This document shows, one piece after another, positions 24,925 to 37,859 of a DNA stretch of 64,000 bases. The stretch is from contig NC_043009.1 in assembly GCF_006345805.1 (NCBI RefSeq), positions 49,290,001 through 49,354,000 on the forward strand, written 5' to 3'. Under the pieces are notes generated by a model that was given only the letters and a program-made list of their open reading frames with translations, had not been told where the DNA came from and did no database searches. This stretch comes from Octopus sinensis. Its lineage: Eukaryota. Both the position numbers and the translations under genes were made by a program. Each line of letters opens with the position of its first letter. Within the stretch, counting starts at the first letter, position 1.

Positions 24925-25800
24925 GCTGTAACTAGGTTCCATCATAAGGTATACACTCTCCCTAACACTAAATGTGTCTAGGTAAGCTTGACCTCTCACC
25001 TTTTACAAATGATTTTGTTTATATTGACCAAGTCTATGTAGCTGTAACTAGGTTCCATGATAAGGTATACACTCTCCCTAACACTAAATGTGTCTAGGTA
25101 AGCTTGACCTCTCACCTTTTACAAATGATTTTGTTTATATTGACCAAGACTACATAGCTGTAACTAGGTACACAATGAGGTGGTCTCCCTAACATTAAGT
25201 AGGTACTGTGATGAGGTATACACTCTCTTTAACACTAAATATATACCTTATCAAGGTAAGCTTGGCTTCTCACCTTTTACTAATAACTTCATTTATACTG
25301 ACCAAGTCTATGTAGCTGTAACTAGGTACCATAATAAGGTAGTCTCCCTAACATTAAATAGGTACCATATCAAAGTAACTAGGTACCATGATAAGGTATA
25401 CACTCTCCCTAATACTGAATGTGTACCTTATCTAGGTGAGCTTGGCCTTTCAACTTTTACAAATGACTTTGTTTATATTGACTAAGTCTACGTAGCTGTA
25501 ACAAGGTACAGTCTGCCTAACACTAAATAGGTACAATACCAAAGTAAATAGGTACCATGATACGGTATACAATCTCCTTCAAACAAGCTAGGTACTATAT
25601 CAAGGTCAGTTTTACCTCCTATGTTTTACAAATTGCTTCACTTATACTGACCCAGTCCACCTAGTATACAGTCTTCCTTACTCAAAATAGGTATTGTATG
25701 AAGGTCAGTTTTTTCTTTCATCCTTTAACCTAGCTATAACTAGATACCCTGGTAAGGTAAAGTCTTCCTCATACTAAATTGGTACCAATATCAAGGTAAG
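24925..25800. repeat. 116-bp minisatellite, degenerating rightwards
   Basis: gctgtaactagg recurs at 24925, 25041, 25157, 25315 and 25495. Confidence 0.85.
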
Positions 25801-26169
25801 CCCTGTTTCTCATTCTGAAGTTGATAAACGCATCACCAGTGTAGGGTGTGAGAAACTGACAGAAACATTAGACTTTCAGAAAGGATATTCTTTAAATTCT
25901 AAGTTAAAGCCTACCATGGTCTACACAGGCAAGGAACCTTATCTGTTGTCTGGTTTAACAACTTCCTTCATTTGGTACCATGAGTGCTTTTAGCAGAGTC
26001 CATTCTGTTGCAAGCATAAGGACACCTCCCCCACCACCAGCCTTAAAGACATTGTAAAGACATTGAGTGTTGTTCTTTCTATCTCTAAGATAAAAAAAAC
26101 AAAACAACTAGTCTCTTTGACATACAGTAATAAGTGCTATATAGACATACAATAATAAATATATATTCT

Positions 26170-26890
26170 TTTATTCTTTTATTTGTTTCAACCATTTGAC
26201 TGCAGTCATGCTGGAGCACCACCTTTAGTCAAGCGAATTGACCCCAGGACTTATTCTTTGTAAGCCTAGTATTTATTCTACCAGTCTCTTATGTCAAACC
26301 ACTAAGTTACTGGGGATGTAAACACACCAGCATCAGTTGTCAAGGGATGGTGGAGGGACAAACACAGACACAAAAACACACACACTATATATATATATAT
26401 ATATGCGCATGGCTCAGTGGTTAGAGCGTCGAGCTTACGATCGTGAGGTTGTGAGCTCGAATCCTGGACCGGGCTGCGTGTTGTGTTCTTGAGTAAGGCA
26501 CTTTATTTCACGCTGCTCAGCTGTAGAAATGAGTTGCGACGTCACTGGTGCCAAGCTGTATCAGCCTTTGCCTTTCCCTTGGATAACACTGGTGGCGTGG
26601 AGAGGGGAGGCTGGTATGCATGGGCGACTGCTGGTCTTCCATAAACAACCTCACCCGGACTTGTGTCTAGGAGGGTAACTTTCTAGGTGCAATCCCATGG
26701 TCTGTGTCGTGACCGAAGGGGGTCTCCGAATATATATATATATGACGGCCTTCTTTTAGATTCCATCTACCAAATTCACTCACAAGGCCCAATGCTATAG
26801 TAGAAAATACATGCTCAAGATGGCATGCAGTGAGACTGAATCCAGAACCATGTGGCTGGTAGGCAAGCTACTTATTACACAGCCACTCCT
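26170..26890 (-). mobile_element. SINE A split by a SINE E insertion in its internal (TA)n
   Basis: 3' half at 26170-26390, 5' half at 26745-26890. Confidence 0.8.
26405..26728 (+). mobile_element. tRNA-derived SINE family E
   Basis: A box tggctcagtggtt, B box gagctcgaatcc (26453-26464), CpG-rich body, flanked by TA runs. Confidence 0.8.
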
Positions 26891-27696
26891 ATATATATAT
26901 ATAAATCTGTGTTTGTGAGTGTGTACGTATGTGTTTTAGTGTGTGTATACCTTATAACTTCAATAAAATCAATAAAATACCATTTTATTGAAGCTCAAAT
27001 GACTTCTCAAACTGTTGCACAGTTTCATGTAAATGATCATCTGACAGTCACATCCATAAACACACACAAATAATTTGAAAACAAGTGGAGGTTGGCAATG
27101 GATTGTGTATCTAGCCATAGAATGCTGTTTCAAGAAGTTTCCATTAATCCATACATACCAGTTCAAATAAGGTAACCAAAAAAATAGCAATAATAATAAT
27201 ACACACACACACACAAATATTTTTTCTTAACTGTTCTTGTTTATCAATAAATGAATTAAAACAAGAGGGAAAAAAATCTGCTCAAAAGCGAAAACAAACA
27301 ATTGTCAGCAAGTTCAACAGAGGTTTGAACCTAGAGATCAGGTGGAGAAAGGAGTGGTGTAAATAGTTATTGTGAGGAAACTGTTCATTGAATGAACCCA
27401 AAGATGATGGCAGCATAGAGGGAACAATCCGATGTAATAACAAAGGAGAGCAGGGGTCAGTCAGAGGAAGTGGGGAAACGGCTCTTCTGTCAGTCTATGG
27501 ACCAGCAAATACATCAATGTCTGGGTCAGCAGTTCTAGTGTCTCATGGATCAGTAGACGGATTGCTTGATCGATCAGGAAATGGATTGTTCGATCAATCG
27601 GTGACTGAGTGTCCAGTCTAATTTCCTGTTTGTCACTTCATTATTTTCAGTTTATTGAACACGCTTCAAATATACACACACATACATATATACACT

Positions 27697-27731
<35 letters not shown>

Positions 27732-27939
27732 TTATATATACACACATATATAAATATATGTAACTTAATATATTTATCTATGTATATATATATATATGCG
27801 TGCGTGTGTTTATATATGTGTGTGTAAAGATGCATGCATGCATACATAAGTTTGTTTACCAACACATAATAAAACTCATATTGGCATTCTTCATAATCTG
27901 TTTTAGATTTTAGTTTTCATTCCTTTCCTTTAATTTAAT

Positions 27940-28012
<73 letters not shown>

Positions 28013-28229
28013 CATATACATGTGAATAAGTATAAGTATATATATACATATATACACATAATACATTATAAAATACACGTATAATACTTACAAATATATA
28101 TATATGTATAAATATGTATATATATATATAAGTATATATATGTAAATATATATATCTATGTATACATTTATATATATATGTATATATTATATATATTTAT
28201 TGTATATCTATATATATTAATTTATTATA

Positions 28230-28260
<31 letters not shown>

Positions 28261-28283
28261 GTATCTATGTAATATATATATAT

Positions 28284-28333
<50 letters not shown>

Positions 28334-28624
28334 GTAGATATTTACATACATATCAATATGAAATGAAGGTATATACATTTATACGAAGATATATAAAAAT
28401 ATGTTTTCATAAAGATATATAAATATAAATAATATATCAATAAACAAAGATATTAGAGATTATTTTTTATTTATATTTTAATCCATTTATCAGAAACTTT
28501 ATCTATAATAAACAAATAATAAACAGAAATATACCGTTATTCAGAGATGCTTTACGTGTTGGTAGTATAGTAGCACATATATGACTATGTATATGTGTGT
28601 GTATAATAAAAAGATAGACAGATA

Positions 28625-28863
28625 GATATGTTTCTTTATTAGCCACACAGGGCTGCACACAGACAGGACAATTAACAAGGTACTAGCTTTTCTTTTGGGG
28701 GTAAAAAAGGCGGTTTGTTTCGATCAAAAGGGATCGTAAGGAAAGAAAGAGGACAAAAAAGGCGGGGGGGGGGGATAAATTAAAACAAAAAAAATAAAAA
28801 GGGAAAGGAAAAAAAAGGGAAAGGAAAAAATTGATCAATAGGGATCGTTATCACAGAAATGTC

Positions 28864-28865
<2 letters not shown>
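28625..28865 (-). mobile_element. Probable retroelement 3' end embedded in (GATA)n
   Basis: Minus strand ends ttgtcctgtctgtgtgcagccctgtgtggctaataaagaaa, similar to the SINE B1 tail; GATA tracts on both sides; no ORF. Confidence 0.45.
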
Positions 28866-28915
<50 letters not shown>

Positions 28916-28944
28916 CATAGAGACAAACAGAAATGTAAGGATGC

Positions 28945-29165
28945 ATGCTGGCAGAAACGTTAGCACGCTGAACAAAATGCTTAGCGGTATTTCATCTGCC
29001 ATTAGATTTTGAGTTCAAATTCCGCCGAGGTTGACTTTGCCTTTCATCCTTTCGGGATCGATAAATTAAGTAACAGTTACACACTGGGGTCGATGTAATG
29101 AACTTAATCCCTTTGTTTGTGCTTGTTTGTCCCCTCTATGTTTATTGTGGGCAATAAAGAAATAA
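28945..29165 (+). mobile_element. SINE B1 copy
   Basis: Family match. Confidence 0.8.
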
Positions 29166-29497
29166 GAAATGAATTTGTATACATCTGTATGTGTATATGT
29201 GTGTGTGTGTGCATGCATATGTGTGTAAGGCTGTGTGGTAGCCACATGTCTCCTCGTTGTAACAGGCTTTCCTCTATCCCTTTATCATGCTCTAATTTCT
29301 CAGTTCCACTCCCTCTCCTGGATGGGAAAGCCTTGTCATATGATCCCACTCGGTAAAAGGGGAGAGTTTTTTGACATTTCAAGCATAGCACTTCATCAGA
29401 AAAGAAAAACGGAAAAGTCCAGAGAAGGACAAATATTACCAACAACACTTCAAAATGTAGCTTTTTATTTTCAAGCATTTCATTATACTAGCTGTAC

Positions 29498-29530
<33 letters not shown>

Positions 29531-29913
29531 TGCAGCAGCAGCATCATCATCATTCAACATCCATGATCTTCCATGCTGGCATAGGCAAGATGGTTTTACA
29601 GGAGCTGATGGATCCAAGGACTGCACCAAGGACTGGTGTCTACTTGGGGATGGTTTCTACGGCTTGATGTCCTTCTTAACACCAGAGTGTACAGGGTGCT
29701 TTTTCTAATCTTTTTCTTTTTTTGTGGCACCAGCTCTAGTGCCATCCCCATACAGCCTACAAGACTACAAACCCTAAGAGGATGGAGATGTGGGCTTTAC
29801 ACTAGGTATATGAGAGAAGGGGCCAGAACAAAACAAGTTTCTTGCTGTACAGGAGCAACATGGCTACCAACATTTTAGAAGAGAGCCTGTAGCTATATAC
29901 TATTATAGATATC

Positions 29914-30128
29914 TATTTCTTTACTACCCACAAGGGGCTAAACACAGAGAGGACAAACAAGGACAGACAAACGGATTAAGTCGATTATATCGACCCCAGT
30001 GCGTAACTGGTACTTATTTAATCGAACCTGAAAGGATGAAAGGCAAAGTCGACCTCGGCGGAATTTAAACTCAGAATGTAACAGCAGACGAAATACCGGC
30101 GTGCTAACGATTCTGCCAGCTTGCCACC
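29914..30128 (-). mobile_element. SINE B1 with 8-bp TSD
   Basis: TSD tagatatc at 29906-29913 and 30129-30136. Confidence 0.88.
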
Positions 30129-30372
30129 TAGATATCATGGTTGTGGTGAGCTGACAGAACCATTAGCACAAGAGGCAAAATGTTCAGCAGTGCTTCATCC
30201 AATAAGGTCAACTCTGTCTTTCCTCCTTTCAGGGTTGATAAAATAAGTACCAGTTACACTCTGGGGTCAATGTAATCGACTAGCCTTCTCCCTCAAAATG
30301 TCAGGTCTTGTGCCTGTAGTGGAAAGGATCGCTATTGATATCACTTTGCGTGTGTGTTTGTGTGTGTATATA

Positions 30373-30900
30373 GTTAAGTTAAGTTAAGTTTTTGGCTCAA
30401 AAAACAAAAAGCAAGGCCATGTTGGAGCACATGGAGTTATGTACAGGGAGGGTGTTCATGCAAAGAGTTCAGGCCATTTCTGGTCAAGAGAGACTTTGAA
30501 CCGAGCGGTCGTCAGCATCATCACTATCTCGTCCGGCAGCTTATTCCACGGATCCACAATCCGGACGGAGAAAGCCCCTCTCCTTCGATTGAGATGAAAT
30601 CGTCGCAGATAGAGCTTTTTGGAGTGACCCCACAGCCGACGCTCTGGAGCAGGAGTGAAGAACAGCTCTTTTGAGAGGTTACACTTTCTGCTTATGATGT
30701 TGTGAGCGAGAATGAGATCACCACGGCGGCGGCGTTTTTCTAGAGAATAAAGGTCAAGCGTCTTAAGCCTTTCTTCATAAGACAAATGCTTGAGACCAAG
30801 AACCATGTGAGTAGCCAGCTTCTGGACTCTTTCGAGATGATGTATGTCTTTGAGGAGATAAGGAGAAAAGGCTTGAATCCCGTGCTCCAATATGGGTCTC
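30373..30900 (-). mobile_element. 5'-truncated CR1-type LINE, same family as 7887-8838
   Basis: RPILEHGIQAFSPYLLKDIHHLERVQKLATHMVLGLKHLSYEERLKTLDLYSLEKRRRRGDLILAHN...KWPELFA* intact in frame; (TTAAC)n tail. Confidence 0.92.
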
Positions 30901-31165
30901 GTGCATGAGTGTGTAAGTGTGTATGTGTGTGCTTGTGTGCATGTGTGTGTTTGTGAGTGGGGTGGTGTGTATGTGTGTGTGTTTTGCATGTGTGTGTGTG
31001 CATGTCTGCGTGTGTGTGCTTGTCTGTGTGTGTATGCATGTGTGCATGTGTGTGTGTGTGTATGTGTAATTGGAACCCAGAATATAAAGAATGACAAGAT
31101 ATGTTACCAGGGAATTCTGTCCAACACAACATCAATTCTGTTAGCTTGCCAACTTTGTGAAAAGT

Positions 31166-31309
31166 AATGATGATGATTGATGTTGAAGGTGATGATGATG
31201 ATGGTGATGATGATGATGATGCTCAAGAAAATGATGATGATGATGATGATGGTAGTGATGATGATGAAAATGATGCTGAAGGCATTGGTGATGATGCAAA
31301 TCATGATGG

Positions 31310-31343
<34 letters not shown>

Positions 31344-31726
31344 GATAATGATGATGATGAAGATGATGATGAAGATGATGATGGTGATGATGTTGATGAT
31401 GAGGATAATGATGAAGATGATGATGAGGAGGAGGAAAAGGATGCTGAAGGTGGATTGGCAGCATGGTTAGAGTATCAGAGAAAATGCATTGCAGTATTTT
31501 TTTTTTTGGTTTCTGGTTCCAAGTATTGTGAGTTCAAATTCTGATGAGGTCAACACAATAAACCACCAGTCAAGTACCGGAGCCAATACTTCGGGCTGCT
31601 TCCCTCATCACAAATTTCTGCTCTTGTACATATGCTAGAAACAATAAGGTATGTGTTTCTGTTTATTTCTCACTGTGTGTCACTGTGTGTGTGTGTGTGT
31701 ACATGTGTGTTCATATGTTTGAGTGT

Positions 31727-31764
<38 letters not shown>

Positions 31765-32254
31765 CATTGATTTTGTTTTTCCTCATTCTATCAATATTTT
31801 GAGGCAACTAAACACACACACTCACACACATACATACACACATAAATACATGTATACATTACGTAAGTGTGTGTGCATGTGTCTATGCATATATAGAAAC
31901 ATATATATGTATGTATGTGTGTGTGCATGTGTCTATGCATATATAGAAACATATATATGTGTATGTATGTGTGTGTGTGTATATGTATTATATTTATATA
32001 TATATTTATATATACATACACAAACACACATATATATATAGATTTATATGTTTGTGTGTGTGTATATATATATAAATAAATATATATATAAATAAATATA
32101 TATATATAATATATATATATATACACACATACACAAACATATACATATGTACACATATCCATATACATATATTTATACATATATTTATATATATATAAGT
32201 ATATGGATATATAAAATATGTACATACTATATATATATATATACATTTATATTC

Positions 32255-32285
<31 letters not shown>

Positions 32286-32296
32286 TACATATATAT

Positions 32297-32348
<52 letters not shown>

Positions 32349-32710
32349 TATATATAATATATATATATATATACATACACATACTCACACATATATATAC
32401 ATACATGTATTATGTCTGTTATTAATCAATAACATAGTCATTCAACCATTTGTTAACCTATTTTTTCCTTCTTTTAGGAGGGTGGGCCATATTCATATAT
32501 TTATTTATTTATTTATTGGTTTCTTCTCATTTGGTTGGTGTACTGCAAAATACTTTCTGTAGAACATGTTGCTATAGATATGTTGTGAATAGAATTTCAT
32601 ATTATATATATATATGTGTGTGTATATACACATGCAGAAGTACATAAACATAAGTATATATAGCTATACATTCCTACATACATAAATGTGTGTATGTGTG
32701 TATGTTTATA

Positions 32711-32771
<61 letters not shown>

Positions 32772-32955
32772 AAAGAGAGAGAGACAGAGAGATGTATATA
32801 CATATATACACACATGTATGCACATGTGTGTATAAATGTATTCATACATATATATAATATACTAATGTATGTATGTATGTAGCTATGTATATGCATACAT
32901 GTATATGCATATATGTATATGTATATATACATATATATATGTATATATATATATG

Positions 32956-32993
<38 letters not shown>

Positions 32994-33062
32994 ACACAAA
33001 CACACACACATATTTATATATATATATACACACCCATGTATATATATATATACACACCCATG

Positions 33063-33142
<80 letters not shown>

Positions 33143-33214
33143 TATATGCATGATATACATTTGTATGTATATATATATATAAAAATATGTATATGTATAT
33201 ATATATGTGTGTGT

Positions 33215-33286
<72 letters not shown>

Positions 33287-33739
33287 TTAGATATAGATAT
33301 ATATATATATTCATATATATAAATACATATATAATATTTAATATGTGCGTGTAGTGATGGGAGATGGCATAGAGGAAGTGGAGCAAAGGTCGTAGGGAGG
33401 TACAGGGGTGGGAGTGACAGATAATTCCATTCTCCAAAAAAGAACAAATTCTTCTGAGACTGACTAACCTTATTCATTCGCTTTTATAAAATTTCCTGTT
33501 GTTGTACTCATCACCAATATCAGTCATTTTCGTTATTTTGTTTCTTTTTTTTTTCAATATTGTCATAATTGTAATAATTTTTATTATTGTTATGAATGCG
33601 GTTATTACTATTGTCCTTGTTATTGTTTTCTGTTGTCATCATCATCATCATCATCATCCTCATCCTCATCATCATCATCATCATTGCCATCGTCATGTTC
33701 ACCATCATTTTCATCATCACCAACGCCTTCAGCATCATT

Positions 33740-33775
<36 letters not shown>

Positions 33776-33978
33776 TCATTATCTTCATCATCTTCATCAT
33801 CATCATCATCATCATCACCATCATCATGTTCATCATGATTTTCATCATCACCAACGCCATCAGCATCATTTTCATCATCATTATCACTACCAGCATCATC
33901 ATCATCATCGTTGTATTGAGCATCATCATCATCATCACCATCATCATCTTCATCATCATCCTCATCATCATCATTATC

Positions 33979-34019
<41 letters not shown>

Positions 34020-34170
34020 TATCATCATCAACATCATCATCATCATCATCATCATCATCACCATCATCATCATCAACATCATCATCAACATCATCTTAAA
34101 CATCATCTTAATCATCATCATTATCATCATCATCATCATCATCACCTTCAACATCAATCATCATCATTAT
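31166..34170. repeat. (GAT)n array, then (TA)/(CA) arrays, then (CAT)n array
   Basis: Direct reading; the outer arrays are inverted copies of each other. Confidence 0.9.
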
Positions 34171-34471
34171 TTTTCGCAAATTTGGCAAGCTAACAGAATT
34201 GATGTTGTGCTGGACAGAATTCCCTGGTAACACATCTTGTCGTTCTTTATATTCTGGGTTCCAATTCTGCCACGGTCAGCTTTGCTCTTCATCCTACATA
34301 AACTGTGTACAGTGCCTTGCTGTGCTATTCTCTATACGTAATATCCTTTCTTAGGTCTTTGTGTTTTGGTTATCTATTTGTCTGTATGATTTTTAACCAT
34401 ACCTAAGATACCCATTATTATTGCAATTATTTGTCTTCAGGCCCCAAATTCAGGTTATCTCTATTTCTAGA

Positions 34472-34640
34472 TCGGAGTGGTTGGCGTTAGGAAGGGCATC
34501 CAGCCGTAGAAACACTGCCAGATCAGACTGGGCCTGATGCAGCCTTCTGGCTTCACAGACCCCAGTTGAACCGTCCAACCCATGCTAGCATGGAAAGCGG
34601 ACGCTAAATGATGATGATGGTGATGATGATGATGATGATG
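34472..34640 (+). mobile_element. SINE C 3' part with (GAT)n tail
   Basis: ggagtggttggcgttaggaagggcatccagc...ccatgctagcatggaaagcggacgctaaatgatgatg. Confidence 0.85.
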
Positions 34641-34690
34641 ATGATTATTATCATTATTATTATTATTATTATTATTATCATTATTATTAT

Positions 34691-35058
34691 TACCCCGGCC
34701 TCAGCGAAGGTGGAGGTATTGTTTTCAATTGTGTTTGCTTCTTTGTTTGTCCGTGGACATGATATCTCAAGAACTGATGGAGGGATTCAGATGAAACTTT
34801 TAGGGATATTTGGCCACGTGACTGGCACAGACTGATTAGATTTTGGAATCGATCCAGTACTGGACAAGGATTCTGGATTATTTTACCTGTTTTTTTTTCA
34901 TTTTTGAGAGCATTCGGTTTCATTTTCAGTATTCTCGTTTGTGAGAGCAGTCAAGTTTATTTCAGATATTCTCATTTTAAAAATCATCTCTGGCTAATCA
35001 TTGAGAGGGAGTTGGTGTTGCCTTGGCAGAGGTTTTTGCACGCTCTGAGTGCTCTTGT
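34691..35058 (+). mobile_element. Helentron-associated non-autonomous element (HINE-like)
   Basis: 5' palindrome accccggcc..ggtggaggt; 3' subterminal ccttggcagaggt followed by hairpin gcacgctctgagtgc and a T-rich end; inserted in a TT/ATT context. Confidence 0.65.
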
Positions 35059-35489
35059 TATTATTGTTATTTACTTTTAATTTGCATGTTTGATACAGTC
35101 ACTTGTTGAGTCACACCCAGCATCCTAAGGCAAGTGAAGGATAAGAGATATTACAGTATGACTGAAAGCTTGGAGAGGAGGAGTGGTAGGGTCAGTAGCG
35201 AAATATCTTTATGTTATGCAACATACATTTAAATTGGTTTAAATTTAAATTGGGTTTAAATTAAATTAAACCCACTCAATTTAAATCTTTTGGATTTCTC
35301 TGAGACATGGTTCTCCAGGGATGTTATCTAGATGTTTCTGACACCCCTTCTTTTATCATTCCTGGGGTATCAGTAACCAAATATCTTTATGTTATGCAAC
35401 ATACATTTAAATTGAGTTTAAATTTAAATTGGGTTTAAATTAAATTAAACCCACTCAATTTAAATCTTTTGGATTTCTCTGAGACATGG

Positions 35490-35905
35490 TTCTCCAGGGA
35501 TGTTATCTAGATGTTTCTGACATCCCTTCTTTTATCATTCCTAGGGTATCTACAATAACAGGAACAGTTCTTGCTTTACGATGTCACATCTTTTGTATTT
35601 CAATTTCCAGGTCCTTAAATTTATTTAATGTGTCAAATTCCTTTACAGATATATCCTTGTCCGTGGGAACACTTACATCTAACAGACTGCAACTATTTTC
35701 TTCCTCTATGCCTGGTCAATTAGCGTAATCGTTCTGTCAGTGTTGAGTGGAAAATCCCAGAGGACAGTGACATTTTTACCTTCAACAACTGGTTCAGGAT
35801 GATATTCATACCAGTAAGTAGGAGTGTTGATTTTGTAGTGTTTACATATTTTCCAATATAAATACTGGCCTATCCTATCATGGCAATTTTTGTATTCGTT
35901 TTTAT
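35490..35905 (-). mobile_element. R4/Dong-type RLE fragment (different family)
   Basis: Degenerate YKNCHDRIGQYLYWKICKHY...WYEYHPEPVVEGKNVTVLWDFPLNTDRTI...LLDVSVPTDKDISVKEFD...KDLEIEIQKM; 5' junction in (ATT)n. Confidence 0.8.
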
Positions 35906-35950
35906 TATTATCATTATTATTATTATTATTATATTATTATATTATTATTA

Positions 35951-35983
<33 letters not shown>

Positions 35984-36135
35984 CATCATCATCATCATCA
36001 TTATTATTATTATTATTTTTTGCTGCTGTAATTTTTTTTTTGTGCTGTAACTCATCCTTCAATATTATCCTCCATGTCTTGGGAATTTGCAAACAATAAA
36101 AGAAATCATTATTATTATTATTATTATCATTATTA

Positions 36136-36687
36136 AGTGAGAGAGCACCGCATGCCATCAAAGTGACACTGGGGTAAAATATACGAAGCCCAGTATACCC
36201 ATCATGACCACCCATCTGATAAGGGTACACCAGGCACATGCTTCACAACCATATGTGCGCAACATGGTGATCTCATATCAAGATAAACAGCACATGACCT
36301 TGCAGGTGGGGCCCAGTTAGAATTTTCTTCTGGTCAAGTAACCCATTCCACTCAAAAGGTCCCTGAATAAGGGTTGTTTAAGGATGTTGAACGAAACACC
36401 CAGGTTTCCAAAGATGAATTATTCAAACCCCAAAGAATCCCTCTCAACACATGGCTGTGATGCTCCCCCACTACTTCTGCTCATGATCAGAGATGCACAT
36501 ATCGTCAGCCACTAAGGGACATGCTCAACTGGTTAAGGTCAAACAACTGACAAGCAAATCTGTGGTATTGAGCAGAATATTTGCTGTAGCCCATCTTTTA
36601 TACCAAGACAAAACAATGCACATGATAACACCTCCAATCAGTTAAGGTCAGAAGCCATGAGAGCCACTGCCTGGTACTGCATCAGGG

Positions 36688-36688
<1 letters not shown>
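36136..36688. mobile_element. Repeat D, copy 2, embedded in (ATT)n
   Basis: Colinear with 13327-13879. Confidence 0.85.
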
Positions 36689-36729
<41 letters not shown>

Positions 36730-36733
<4 letters not shown>

Positions 36734-37215
36734 TAGTTTTATTTTTATAGCGTGCTTTCACTTCACTACCGAGCGCAGCTCTGTTGTGCCTTGGGTATGT
36801 GCTGTGATTTGTTGTGATGCTCTGATGGTTATTGTATGGAAAGTGTTCTGCGTAGGATTGTGCAGTGCCTAGTAGTGCAATTTTCTGTATGTTATATGTG
36901 TTTGTAAGTCCTGGTGTTTTTGTTATGTATTTGTCTGAATATTTTTTATCATGCCTAATGCACCTACTATGATAGGAATTGTTTCTGTTTTCAGTTTCCA
37001 CATTCTAGTTATCTCTCTATTTCCAGGTCTTTGTATTTTGAGAGTTTCTCCGTTTCATTTTAGAGACACTTTGTCATCAGCCGGTATTGATACATCAATT
37101 AGAAAGCATTTTTTTTCTTCATGATCTCTGACAACTATATCTGGTCTGTTGGCCTTAATTTCTCTATCTGTGTGTATCGGCATATCCCAGAGTATGGTTG
37201 CTTTCTCATTTTCTT
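36730..37215 (-). mobile_element. R4/Dong-type RLE 3' end with 3' UTR
   Basis: ENEKATILWDMPIHTDREIKANRPDIVVRDHEEKKCFLIDVSIPADD...RMWKLKTETIPII.GALG...IQKIALLGTA; 3' end abuts (ATT)n. Confidence 0.85.
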
Positions 37216-37859
37216 CTTCTTCTTCTTCTTCTTCGTTTCTCTTCTCTTCTTCTTCTTCTTCTTCTTCTTCTTCTTCTTCTTCTTCTTTTCTTCTTATTCT
37301 TATTATTATTATTATATTATTATTATTATTATATTATTATTATTACTAAGGCAGTGAGATGGTAGAATCATTAGCACACTGGGCAAAATGCTTAGTGGCA
37401 TTTGGTCTATCTTTACATTCTGAGATCAAATTCTCCCAGGGTCGACTTTGCCTTTCATCCTTTCATGGTCGATAAATTAAGTACCAGTGAAACACTGGGG
37501 TCAAGATAATCGACTTACCCCCTCCCCCAAATTTCAGTATATAGTAGGAATAATTAATATTATTATCATTACTAGAGTATTATGATTAGTATTATTATTA
37601 CCTGTCATATGATGGTTAAGTTTAGCAGTATTACTTTTGCCACCATGGCTAATATCAGGAAATATGGCAGACATATAATAATTACAATTTAGCAAAATAA
37701 TGAAATAAAATGATGGAATATTTTTTCAAAAAGTAAATATTTATTGCTCTGTCATTTATTCTCCCCTCTCCTTCTCCTTTTCTTCTTGTTCCTCCTCCCC
37801 TTCTCCATTGTCTATGAATTTTTCTCTCAGACTATGTGTGTGTGTGTATGTGTAGCATT

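Noticed and set aside
24925-25800. CRISPR-like array
   Set aside because: Eukaryotic context; the whole unit repeats with no unique spacers, and there are no cas genes.
26405-26480. tRNA gene
   Set aside because: A and B boxes are present but there is no acceptor-stem closure, and it continues into a SINE body.
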